A DNA stretch of 63,062 nucleotides from Basidiobolus meristosporus CBS 931.73 (lineage: Eukaryota > Fungi > Basidiobolomycota): the NCBI GenBank assembly GCA_002104905.1, contig MCFE01000521.1:1-63062 (forward strand). The letters run 5' to 3'. Shown in pieces: positions 53,024 to 63,062 of this stretch; within the stretch, counting starts at the first letter, position 1; each line of letters opens with the position of its first letter. The translations under genes and the position numbers were made by a program. The notes beneath the pieces are model-generated. The model worked only from the letters and a program-made list of their open reading frames with translations. It had not been told where the DNA came from and searched no databases.

Positions 53024-54037
53024 ATGTCCGACAATTACTTCGTCAGCCTGGCGCTTTGGATGTTCGTCCCAAAGATGGCCGCCGGCTTCGTGCAGAACCT
53101 ATATTACAAGTTTCGCTACTCCGCCAATTCGCCCTCGATCCCTGTCCAGGGGCAGAAGAAGTACATCCGCGACTACAAAAGGATCTTCTCCCTCATCATT
53201 CTCCTCTACCTTCTCTACACGGTGGTTGAGGTGGAGAGGAGCACCCCCTACAACTACTACCAGATCCTGGGCGTGAACCAGCAGAGCCTCAACCCCAGGT
53301 TGCTGAAGAGCAACTTCCGCCGGTTGTCCTTACAGTTCCACCCCGACAAGAACCCAACCGAAGAGGCCCACGGGATCTTCATCACCCTGCGACAAGCATT
53401 CGAGACGCTGAACGATCCGATCAAGCGCTACGCGTACGACAGACTGGGCACCTCGTATCTCCGCTGCCAAAAATGCCTCACCGTGCGCGACTATGTGGTG
53501 GGAACCATCCCCTCCCTGATCGGGACCTACGCCGGCACCGGCCTGGTCCTGTTTCTGCTCAACGTGCTGGGACAGGGGCAATTCGGAAGGTACTGGCGTT
53601 TCGTCGCCTGGGCCACTATGGGCTCCGTGGAGCTCACCCTGCTCTTCGCCCCTCAAAATTCCCTCCTCCACCACCTCTTCTCGATAGTACTGCCCCACCG
53701 GACGGTTGCCGAGCAGATCTCCATCCTGCACCAGATCGTGGTCTCCATTTTCATCGGCCTGTCGCAGATCGGCCCAGTGCTGTTCGAGGAGGCGGAGGAT
53801 GACATCCACAAACCTTTGTCCCGCCTCTACAACCTAAACGATGTTGCAGCCAGGGAGGCCAACTTGGCCTTCCGCTCCGCCTTCGAACCTTTCCAGGACG
53901 AGGTCAGCAATCGTGAGCTACGCAAGAGGATGGGGAAGCTCGCGATCGACTCCCGCCTCTTCCAAGATCCCGATTACACCAAGATGTACAGCTCGGTGCA
54001 CGAGCGAGTCGTCTCGAAGAGAAGGTCCCCATCATGA
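53024..54037 (+). CDS. Membrane-associated DnaJ (J-domain) protein, intronless
   Basis: NYYQILGV...FRRLSLQFHPDKN...AFETLNDPIKRYAYDR flanked by hydrophobic segments. GC3-rich codons like its neighbours. Confidence 0.9.
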   Translation: MSDNYFVSLALWMFVPKMAAGFVQNLYYKFRYSANSPSIPVQGQKKYIRDYKRIFSLIILLYLLYTVVEVERSTPYNYYQILGVNQQSLNPRLLKSNFRRLSLQFHPDKNPTEEAHGIFITLRQAFETLNDPIKRYAYDRLGTSYLRCQKCLTVRDYVVGTIPSLIGTYAGTGLVLFLLNVLGQGQFGRYWRFVAWATMGSVELTLLFAPQNSLLHHLFSIVLPHRTVAEQISILHQIVVSIFIGLSQIGPVLFEEAEDDIHKPLSRLYNLNDVAAREANLAFRSAFEPFQDEVSNRELRKRMGKLAIDSRLFQDPDYTKMYSSVHERVVSKRRSPS

Positions 54038-54269
54038 GTATGGTTAGTCGGTCAACTCGTTGCATCGCAATACGTATCAACGAACCTCATGGAGGGCGAG
54101 ATAGTTATCAATACCAAGGATGTTTCCCCATCGAAGCATCGACCACTTAATGCCCCCACAACCATAAACATCGGTCACCCCAATCTACCCAGTCATGTAA
54201 CAATCTCTTTTACAGTAAAGCCATATGTTAACAGGTACACTTGAGAGTTGTTGGAAACGTGCAGGTGGT

Positions 54270-55420
54270 AATGCGTATATTGTAAATTTGGTAATTACTT
54301 GCAAAAATCCACTTAACTTAGTTGCTTAGATCGTGGAATATTCTGCCCGAATCCCTTGGTATTTACTTGGAATATTTTACCAAATTATCAGCATGTAGGA
54401 CTTGAAAAAATTTTAAAGTCACCTAAAGGCCACCAAACTTTCCAGCCATGTTCTTGGCACCTTCCTTCTCACATTCTATATACTTGTCTGGCCTTCCTTA
54501 ACCTACTCTATGTGCTTGTTGTGCCAAGGTCATGTTAATGTCTAAATACCATGTTACATTCAATAAATCACAAGTGACAACCAAATAATCAACTTGCCGT
54601 CCCAGTACATCCATTATTTCCAAAACTCTTGCAACAGGTTATCACCCCCAAGCTGTCACTCACTGGAATGTCTACTACTGCTATTACTGGAATCTTGCCC
54701 TATGAGAATTCTCAAGGTTGGAATTCATTGGATTTTTGGCTGGTATTCAACCACTGTTTCAGTCTCAAATTTTCAGTTGCAATTTTTGTTGGAAGTGATG
54801 TGCAGCTAATTACCAAATTTAGTATGAGTGCTAGTTGTCCTAATCTCCCTTGGGAAAGGATGTCTGCTTTTCTGCTGTGAAGCTGCTATGTGAGATATTG
54901 AGAGTTAGTACTTTTGGGAAAGTTAAAATTCAGCTGATATTATGATAGTATTCTGCTAACCTTTTCTTGATTTTTTTTGTAGGGTTACATTTTGCTGAAA
55001 AGTTGGATGGATCAAACTACAGGTCTGGATGGTGAAGATGAAGATAACTATGCAGGAAAGAGGCCTTGGAATATTGTCTCAGGAGTGGAATACCCTTTAA
55101 CAATGTAGGAGAAGAAGTTCTCAAATGCCAGAAGAAAGAGCAAAGTGACTTAAGCCAGACTTGTCTTAATGCCGCAGACTAATTGCTTATTTAATGACCA
55201 AGTGCTAAAACAGCATAAAACACCTGGATGATATTAGGTAACATCTGCCCATCATATGCTGCTACCAAGAATAGTACTTGACACATAGATTATCGACTGA
55301 AAACATGCTCTCAGGAAAGAAATGATATATGCAATCTGTTGTCACTCTGTTAATTGTGTTGCCAGATTTTGGAGATATAGGAAGTGACTGGAAGAACCAG
55401 CAGATGATGCTATTTTTACT
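54270..55420 (+). mobile_element. Degenerate Copia A LTR, PBS-like site and gag
   Basis: LTR homology ending TTGCAACA + GGTTATCACCCC, then MSTTA.. gag-like sequence. Confidence 0.7.
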
Positions 55421-55429
55421 TAATGATTT

Positions 55430-58400
55430 ACTAGATGTAGAATTGTGTTGATATTTTTACATGGTCTTGGCAGAGCAAACACATAGAATATGTTTAGAGA
55501 GGTCCCAAGGACATGTGTGTAAAGCTTAGGGCTGTTTGGACAACCTTGAGATGCTTTGTTTTGTAGGTACATGATATTTTGGTGAGAATTTTCCAAGTAA
55601 ATCTCAACAAGGAATTTGGCTGGTATTCTCTAAGATTTATAGGTAATGATATAAGTGACTTAGTTAAGTGGATATTTAAGTGCAATTTCAAAATCTTCAA
55701 CACTTCCACTAAGCTAGATATCCATATTTACCAGTCCTAGTGGCAATTTAAAATGCCCAAATTTGCCTCTGACTAATGGTTTGATAAATATATCTGCAAT
55801 CACATCATCTATAGGATAGTAAGCTAACTCAATCAAGTAAATCAATAAAGCTTCTCATATGAACTGATGATTGATATATATTGGCTTAGCTCTATTATGA
55901 ACCATTGGATTTCCACCTAATTGTATGGATTCTCAAATATCTTGAAAAAACATAGTAGTGGCTTTTTCAAATATGCTTGAGTCTTTGAGAAGCATTTTTA
56001 GTCATATTGCTTCTTTTGTAGCCTCATAGGCTGCCATGTACTCTGCCTCTGTGCCAGGAAGTGCTATAGTTGGTTGCTTTCTGGAGTTCTGTGGAATTGC
56101 TCTGAAACATTAAAGAAAGGTGTATCATGTGGTGGATCTTCTGTCTCAAGAGCTTTGTCCCCTAGTACTTGACATATAGATTGTTCACTGCAAGCATGCT
56201 CTCAGGAAAGAAATGATATGTGCAATCTGCTGTCACTCCGGTAATTTTTTGCAAGAGTTTTGGTGATATAGTAAGTGTTTGGGAAAATAAGTAGATTATG
56301 TGGTTTTCACTCAATGGTCTATTGAATGTAAAAGAAGTATTTATACTTTTGCATAGTCTTGGCATAAAGATATGTAGAGTGGGCTTAGGAAGGCTCCAGG
56401 AACATGTGCACAAAGTTTGGGCTGCTTGGACAACTTTGAGAATTCTCACATTTTGGGTGTCTGGTATTTTGGTGAAAATATTCCAAGTAAATCCATACAG
56501 GTAATTTGGTCAGTTATTCACTAAGATTTGTAGGTAATGATCTAAGTGACTAAGTTAGGTGAATATTTAGGCGGAATTACCGATCTTACAACACTCCCAC
56601 TTTTCTAGGTGTCAATACTTACCAGTCCTAAGATATTTGGATTTTTCTCTAGCTAATGGTCTGGTAAATATGTCTGCAATTGTTTCAACTATAGGGCAGT
56701 AAACTAAGTTAGCTAAGTCATTCTCTATAGCTTCACATATGAAATGATGTCTAGCATTCATGTGCCTAGTTCTATCATTAACTATTGGATTTCTATCCAA
56801 TTGTATATATCCTTGCTTATCTTGAAGTAAAGTAATTGTCATTTTTTGACATAAGCCTAAATCTTAAAAGAGCTTCCTTAGCCACATTGCTTCTTTTGTG
56901 ACTTCACAGGCTGCCAAATACTCTGCCTCTGTGACAGAGAGTGCCATGGTTGGTTGCTTTCTTGAGTTCCATGAAACTGCCACTTAAAGAAAGGCATATT
57001 CTGTGGTGGACCTTCTGTCTTCTAAAATCTGTCCCCAATCAGCATCAGATTAGCCCACAAGATTCTGTTCTGAGTCCTTATAAGTGTACCCCAGGCAGAT
57101 ATCATTGGTTTCTTTTAGGGATCTAAAAATATGCTTAACTGCTGCAATATGATCAGATCCATACTTCTGATTATGCTAGGTGACAGCCTTCACTGAATAT
57201 GAGATATCTGGATGTATTCCAAGCATGATATACTTCAGACTGCTGATCATAGACTGATAAGGAAAGTCAGGGCACTCAGATAGCACCAAGCTCCCTTGAT
57301 TTGGTTGCATTTTGACCAAGTTAAGGTTTGTCTCCATTGGGGTAGCTGCCAGCTTGAAGTCTTCCATTTGGTACTTCTTTAGTATATATTGAATATACTT
57401 AGATTGGCTTGGGGTGATAGTCTGGGTACTTCAGTCTATGGGAAACTTTATCCCTAAATAGTATATGTGATCTCCTAGACTGGACATCTTGAACTCCTTA
57501 AATAGGCTGGATTAGTCTCTTCCAATGTTTCAAGGTTATTGGTGGCAAGAATAAGATCATCCACATGTAGAGCTAATAGAGCTGGATTTGCTTAATTTTG
57601 CTTATAGTATATGCTATAGTCAGCAGTACTTCTTTTGAAATTCAAAGATTTCAAGCAAAAATCTACCTTGCAATTCCAAGCTTATGGTGATTTTTCAAGT
57701 TCACAAAGGATTTTTAAGCTTGTAGACCAAATTGGGGTTATCTTGGTCAATAAACCCATCAGGCTGGTCCATATATATGTTCTCATTAAGTTCTCTATTC
57801 AAAAATGCAGTTTTTACATCCATTTAATGTGTAAAAACTTATATTTGGCTGCAATAGCCAATATTAATCTGATGAAATTAAACTTGGCTACCAGTGCAGA
57901 GGTCTCAGTATAGTCAAGTCCTTTTGTTTGAGAGTGTGCTTTTGCCACAAGTCTTGCTTTGTATCATTCAGTTGTACCATTAGCCTTGTTTATGGTGACG
58001 AAGTCCCATCTGCATCCAATTGATTTTTAGTTGCCTGTTAATTTGGCCAAGTCTCAAGTTTGATTTTCTATCAGGGCCTGAGACTCCTCAGTTATTCTAG
58101 GTCTCCAAATCTCTGTCTGAGGACTATTTAGTGCCTCTTTTACAGTCTGCAGCTCATAAATATTGAGTGAATAGACATAGGCTAAATTTGTACCCTCATT
58201 GATATAGTAATTTGGGCTATTTCTGGTTTAGTAGGGACTACTGGTTGGTGATACTGAAATGATCATTTCTAGAACATTCATGGGCACTGGCTCAGGCTGA
58301 ACCATTGTTGTAGAGTCCTCCAGAGCAAAGATGTTTTGATTGTTTTGCTCTGATTCAAACCTGACTATTGGTGGACTTGAGATCAGATATTTTTCATCAT

Positions 58401-59086
58401 CTGATGTCATTTCTTGTGAAAATTTTGATTTTCATCATACAACACATCCCTAAGCTTGATAAACTTCTTTGCTTTGGTATTGTAGAGTCTGTATGCTTTA
58501 CTCTCATTGCAGTAGCTGAAAAATATGCATTTGCACAGTAGGCTCAAATTTTGATTGATATCCAGGCAGTTTCTTAGCATAAACTTTGCATCCAAGTATT
58601 CTTAGATGTTCTGCACTTGGTCTGCATCCATACCATGCTTCAAATGGAGTAGAATCTTGAAGTATTTTGCTATAACTCCAATTTCTCAGGTGTACAGCTG
58701 TGGCAACTGATTCTGCCTAAAAATCATAGGATAATTATTGATCATGGATCAAAGATCTTGACATATCAATTATTAATCTATTTATAAGTTCTTCTACTTC
58801 ATTTTGCTGTGGGGAGTATGGAACAGTAGTCTCTTACTTTATCCCTTGAATTTTGCAGAAGTGTACAAAGAGTTTTGTGGTATATTCCCCACCATTATGA
58901 GTGCATTTTATTGATTCTTTCACCAGTTTCTGTCTCCACCATGGCTTTAAGCTCCCTGAACTTGGACAGAACCTCTTCCTTACTTGCCATCAAGTAGACC
59001 CACATATATCTTGTATAGTAATCAATATAAGTAATTGATTTCTTCATCCTGCCTATGGTAAATTTTGCATAGGTCCACATAGATCT
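55430..59086 (-). mobile_element. Copia A relics: LTRs, RNase H, RT and integrase, truncated at the HSDLCGP motif
   Basis: LTR ending at 56593 with a PPT, RT YQSMISSL, integrase remnants collinear with 1100-3260. Confidence 0.88.
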
Positions 59087-59117
59087 GAGTGCACAGGTTC
59101 AAATCCTGTGGCCGACA
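59087..59117 (+). pseudogene. 3' half of a tRNA gene (T-arm, acceptor 3' strand), isotype uncertain
   Basis: ACAGG-TTCAAAT-CCTGT T-arm, then GGCCGAC-A and a T-run. The 5' half is replaced by Copia sequence. Confidence 0.7.
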
Positions 59118-59602
59118 AATTTTTCCAGAATTTTCAAATACTCCTTACTTTCATAGTTGAGCTTACGCTGCACATCCAATATGATATAGTGTGTTTTCAA
59201 TAGAAGTGCCAGGGGGGAAGAGTTGATGCTGTGTTGTGTGTTTGTATCCAGAGGGCCGGTATGTTTTACCCACGGATAACACAGCAAGTGAGAAAAGATA
59301 AAGCTGAACATGCTGCCATGAAAAATAGGTAAGTCTATCATCATCCCTTGGGCTTAATGAATGCTAATCCTGGCTTGAGCAGAACAAGAGGATAAGATGA
59401 TGAATTGGGGCTAGAATGATAAGACTATGTGTCAGAATCTCCAACATGGGTGCCTGGCACACAGCCTACGCAAATTTCCACCAAACCAACCAGGGCACCA
59501 ATACATGATCGATTTGGCCTGACAACCAGCAAACTTTCCCCATAGTAGCAGTGAGTTATACGAGGATGGAGTAGCGGACAAGCAAGAATAATGGTACAAG
59601 TG

Positions 59603-59675
59603 GGTTCCATTGTGTAGTGGTTATCACATCTGCTTTACACGCAGAAGGTAGTGGGTTCGATCCCCACTGGAACCA
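59603..59675 (+). tRNA. tRNA-Val(TAC)
   Basis: Full cloverleaf; anticodon arm CTGC-TTTACAC-GCAG; GGTTCGA T-loop; T-run terminator. Confidence 0.97.
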
Positions 59676-59982
59676 TTTTGTCGGAGGGGGGGGGGGTCGT
59701 TCTATTTTGAAAATTGTAAGAATGCAAATCGCATATTTAAAGCAATTGCCACCATAAAATACGCCAGTTATTCAACAAGAATATAAGGCCAACGGGGTTG
59801 GCTGTGATACAATGCCTGAGCTAGAAATGGTCGGGGACAATATTTTTGGTCCGATTAGCCCAGAGATAAGTGCATGTAGGGAGGGATGGGAGTTAAGGGA
59901 GATATCGGGTAGTGAATGTGCTCCAGTGGATATACAAGTATATGAGGAATCTTCACTAACAAACACACAGAAACTGCCACAT

Positions 59983-60055
59983 GGGGTTCTAGCTCAAATG
60001 GTAGAGCGCTCGCTTTGCATGCGAGAGGCACAGGGATCGATACCCTGGATCTCCA
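59983..60055 (+). tRNA. tRNA-Ala(TGC)
   Basis: Full cloverleaf; CTCGC-TTTGCAT-GCGAG; ATCGATA T-loop typical of eukaryotic tRNA-Ala. Confidence 0.96.
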
Positions 60056-60290
60056 TCCGAATAATTATTTTTACCTTGCCCCACAGCCAGGGTAGAGATG
60101 AAAAATTATTCTTGGGCAGGCAAAAGGATCCATCGATGGCATAATTTATGCAATGGGTTGGTGGGGATGGGGGCCCCTCCTGCCAATGCTATATTTGAAA
60201 GAAGCTGCTATCAGAGCGAAGCAGGTAAAGTAATTTGCTACCAAAGTAGGTGGCCAAGTGGCCGACAAACGAAACAATGAGCAAAATTTG

Positions 60291-60321
60291 AAGAGAGAGA
60301 GAGAGAGAGAGTGTGTGTGTG
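60291..60321. repeat. Compound (GA)n(GT)n microsatellite
   Basis: Seen directly, in the 3' flank of the Gly-rich gene. Confidence 0.9.
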
Positions 60322-60387
60322 CATGCATGGCGTTGTTGTTTATTTGGTTGGTATCTAGGTTTATGTTGTAGTTTTTTGGTGTACAGA

Positions 60388-61359
60388 TTAGTAACCATAG
60401 GCAGAGCCAGAGCCAGAACCGTAGCCAGGTTTCTCGTGGTAGGATCCACCACCCTTGCCATGATCACGGCCATAATCATCACCACCATAATTTCCGCCCT
60501 TATGCTGGTCACCATTATAGCTGTCACGATCACCGCCTCGGTAGTTTTCGCCACGGTTACCACCACCACCACCATAACCATTATCATAGTTTCCGCCTTT
60601 ACCATGATAGTCGTTATATCTGTCCTCGCCACTGCCGTGGTTGTCGGACTTATGGTCCCCATTGTCGTAGCCACGATCGCCGTAGTTTCCGCCTCTACGG
60701 CCACCATAGCTATCCTCATGGCCATAGTCACCACCACGCTTGTAGTCTTCTTTACCACCATAGTTTCCGCCTTTATGGGAGTAGTCGCGATCATAGTCAC
60801 TATCGTGCTCGCCACCATATTTTCCGCCCTTATGGTAACGATCACCGGAATAATCACCTTCACCGCCGCCACCACCACCATAGTTGTCTTTGTCACTATA
60901 GCTATCCTTGTGACGGTCACCACCGCCACGACGGCCTTCATAGTCATCATTATCATTGTTGTCGTAACCATGACCACCACCGTTGCGATCATAGTCGCCA
61001 CCACGACCACCGTTGCGGTCATAGTCGCCACCACGACCACCACCATTGCGATCATAGTCACCGCCACGACCACCATTGCGATCATAGTCGCCGCCACGAC
61101 CGTGCTCACGATTGTAGTCCTTGTCATCGTAAGATTTACCACCTCGTTTGTAATCGCCTTCATCGTAACCACCCTTGCCACCACCCCTGTGCTTATTGGT
61201 AGTGTCATAGGCTATGCCGCCACCGCCACCGCCCTCATAGGCTGGCTTATGATCTCCATATCTCTCGACGTGCTTGGAGTTCTCATAAGCACCCTCCTTG
61301 GGGATGTAGACTGCAGAAGCGGATAAAGCAAAGAATGCAACAATCAGAGAGTATTTCAT
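60388..61359 (-). CDS. Secreted Gly/Tyr/Asp/Arg-rich repeat protein (323 aa), function unknown
   Basis: Signal-peptide-like MKYSLIVAFFALSASA, four GRGGDYDRN repeats, recurring KGGNYGG units, and TATAAAA about 90 bp upstream. Confidence 0.85.
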   Translation of the reverse strand: MKYSLIVAFFALSASAVYIPKEGAYENSKHVERYGDHKPAYEGGGGGGIAYDTTNKHRGGGKGGYDEGDYKRGGKSYDDKDYNREHGRGGDYDRNGGRGGDYDRNGGGRGGDYDRNGGRGGDYDRNGGGHGYDNNDNDDYEGRRGGGDRHKDSYSDKDNYGGGGGGEGDYSGDRYHKGGKYGGEHDSDYDRDYSHKGGNYGGKEDYKRGGDYGHEDSYGGRRGGNYGDRGYDNGDHKSDNHGSGEDRYNDYHGKGGNYDNGYGGGGGNRGENYRGGDRDSYNGDQHKGGNYGGDDYGRDHGKGGGSYHEKPGYGSGSGSAYGY

Positions 61360-61448
61360 GATGGAAGCTTTTGCGTTACTTCTGAAGGCGAAAAGAAGGA
61401 GTTGATGACAATGAAATGCCTGCCTTCTATTTTCGGTTACTTCCCAGC

Positions 61449-61455
61449 TTTTATA
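61449..61455 (-). promoter_or_regulatory. TATA box of the Gly-rich gene
   Basis: TATAAAA on the minus strand upstream of ATG 61359. Confidence 0.6.
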
Positions 61456-62453
61456 CAAATCCATGATTGCTACACGGAGAAATATCCTAATGCATGGCAT
61501 GGCACAGCATAAAATCTCGGCAAATATCGAATCTATTCAGTCAGCCAGGCAGGAAGGAAGGAAGGAAGGAATACCGTTGGTTGGCTAGTCAGTTGATCAC
61601 CTCGTTGGTGATACTATTCACCGCTCGTATTCAAAGCAAAAAACCCATCAATCGGTGATTATGAATGGATAATTGTAATCATAGAATATGATCAGGGTGA
61701 TTTATTTAGCCTTAGAGGCGGGTCACTCATATCCGTACTAGATTATATGGAATGTGCATGCAACGCATTGTCTACTTAGGGCAGGAGGTAAGTAGACAAG
61801 CAAGCAGGTAAGTAATTAAGCAAAGCGAACCAATCTACTAAGTACTCGGCCGATTATTTACACTCACTTTATATCGGGAGAGGATGATTTAGTACACTTT
61901 GCTACTCTCGAGCCTTTTACCTTACCTGGGAAGAACTTGCTCTATTAGCACGTGTGCAGAATAGCCTCTACAAATGTAATCAATCCCTCGCTATTAGCAG
62001 AATCTAATTAGATTTTACAGGACTTGGTGGCATATTAGGGTTGGTGAGGAAAAAATCAAGATCATTGCTCTAAATGGGCATAAAAACTTGATTTAATATT
62101 ATAGGAAATTTGTGCCCATTCCCCTATGGCCTTCTAGAATGATAGTAAGGTGACCACTGTATAAATCAAGTGGAAAGTGACTCGAACCCTATACCTCATT
62201 CAATACTGAATTGAGTCCCTTCTATGGTCGGACCACATACCAATTAAACCAAATACCCATTTATGAAAAATACTGGCTACATCTGAATTTAGAGTGTGCA
62301 ATCTCTTTGCTGTAAGCCCCCCTCAAGGTAAACTTCTACCAAAAATGACGCGGATTCCAATGAACATTGTAGACTATTTAGAGGGAATAAAGAAAGCCGC
62401 AAATAGGTACTCACTAGAAGTATTCAAAAAGAGATTCACGTTCAGCAAAATAT

Positions 62454-62536
62454 TGATAACAGTGAGATTCGAACTCACGCCTCTTACGAGACCGCAACTT
62501 GAGTGCGGCGCCTTAGACCAACTCGGCCATGTTACC
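62454..62536 (-). tRNA. tRNA-Leu(CAA)
   Basis: Class II cloverleaf; CCGCA-CTCAAGT-TGCGG; long variable arm; no intron. Confidence 0.96.
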
Positions 62537-63003
62537 TCAATAAAATATGCACTTGTTTGGAATATTTCAATCAATATCGAAATTAAGATGAGATCTCTGC
62601 TGAGAATATCCTGCTGCACAGACCATACTAACTAAAAAAGAATCGGATCTTGAGGAAGAGATCTATGGGTGCAGTCATAGTGCATTGCATCTTTCACCTT
62701 TGATATTACAGGGAGAAACCACTTGATTGAGTATTGGAAATCTTGTAGCGCAGTATACAAGGGTGCAATGAGGTAAGATGAAGTAAAGCTGAGTAAATGG
62801 TCAACACACATCTACCCACCTATCCACATACGTATAAATATATGAAGCGAGAAGCGGGCTAAATGAAAGTGATGTATATGACGATTTTCAACTGTGAATG
62901 CCTGATGTCGCTATATCAACTTAGGCGTATTACACAAGATTATTAACTGATAATATTCCTGATAGATAGCCAAAAACCATAGAATTTAATCGAAAACAAA
63001 AAG

Positions 63004-63062
63004 AGGTCTCGCCGAGAATCGAACTCGGATTACAAGATTCAGAGTCTTGGGTGCTAACCATT
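63004..63062 (-). tRNA. tRNA-Gln(CTG), 5' end outside the window
   Basis: CAAGA-CTCTGAA-TCTTG anticodon arm, CCGAG-TTCGATT-CTCGG T-arm. Confidence 0.93.

Noticed and set aside
59394-59522. ATGATGA ... CTGA as a possible C/D snoRNA
   Set aside because: No terminal stem or recognisable guide; such motifs are frequent by chance.
60189-61326. Two extra long ORFs (337 aa on +, 339 aa on - in another frame) overlapping the Gly-rich gene
   Set aside because: Expected shadows of GGT/GGC/GAT/TAC-rich repetitive codons. Only the MKYSL frame has a signal peptide and a TATA box.

Overview
Eukaryotic nuclear DNA. It is fungal by gene content and short introns, and probably an early-diverging lineage (inference only). 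There are four compartments. (1) About 1-46.4 kb is a CpG-depleted graveyard of nested transposon relics: two Ty1/Copia families including one nearly intact element at 13.5-18.0 kb, several Ty3/Gypsy fragments including a chromovirus, CACTA/EnSpm-like transposase relics, and an unclassified repeat. It also holds a PHIS (PIF/Harbinger-ISL2EU)-type DNA transposon family, seen as a transposase relic, a 734-bp foldback element, a 209-bp MITE and solo ends, nearly all at AWT target sites. (2) About 46.4-54.1 kb is a GC/CpG-rich gene island: CCT8, an Erv41/Erv46-family gene, Rab11/Ypt31 and a membrane DnaJ protein, plus an unexplained splice-signal-rich region divergent from CCT8. (3) About 54.3-59.1 kb is another Copia relic block, ending fused to the 3' half of a tRNA gene. 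(4) About 59.1-63.1 kb holds tRNA genes (Val, Ala, Leu, Gln) around a secreted Gly/Tyr/Asp/Arg-rich repeat protein. All calls come from manual reading and recalled motifs. No searches were run, and relic boundaries are approximate.
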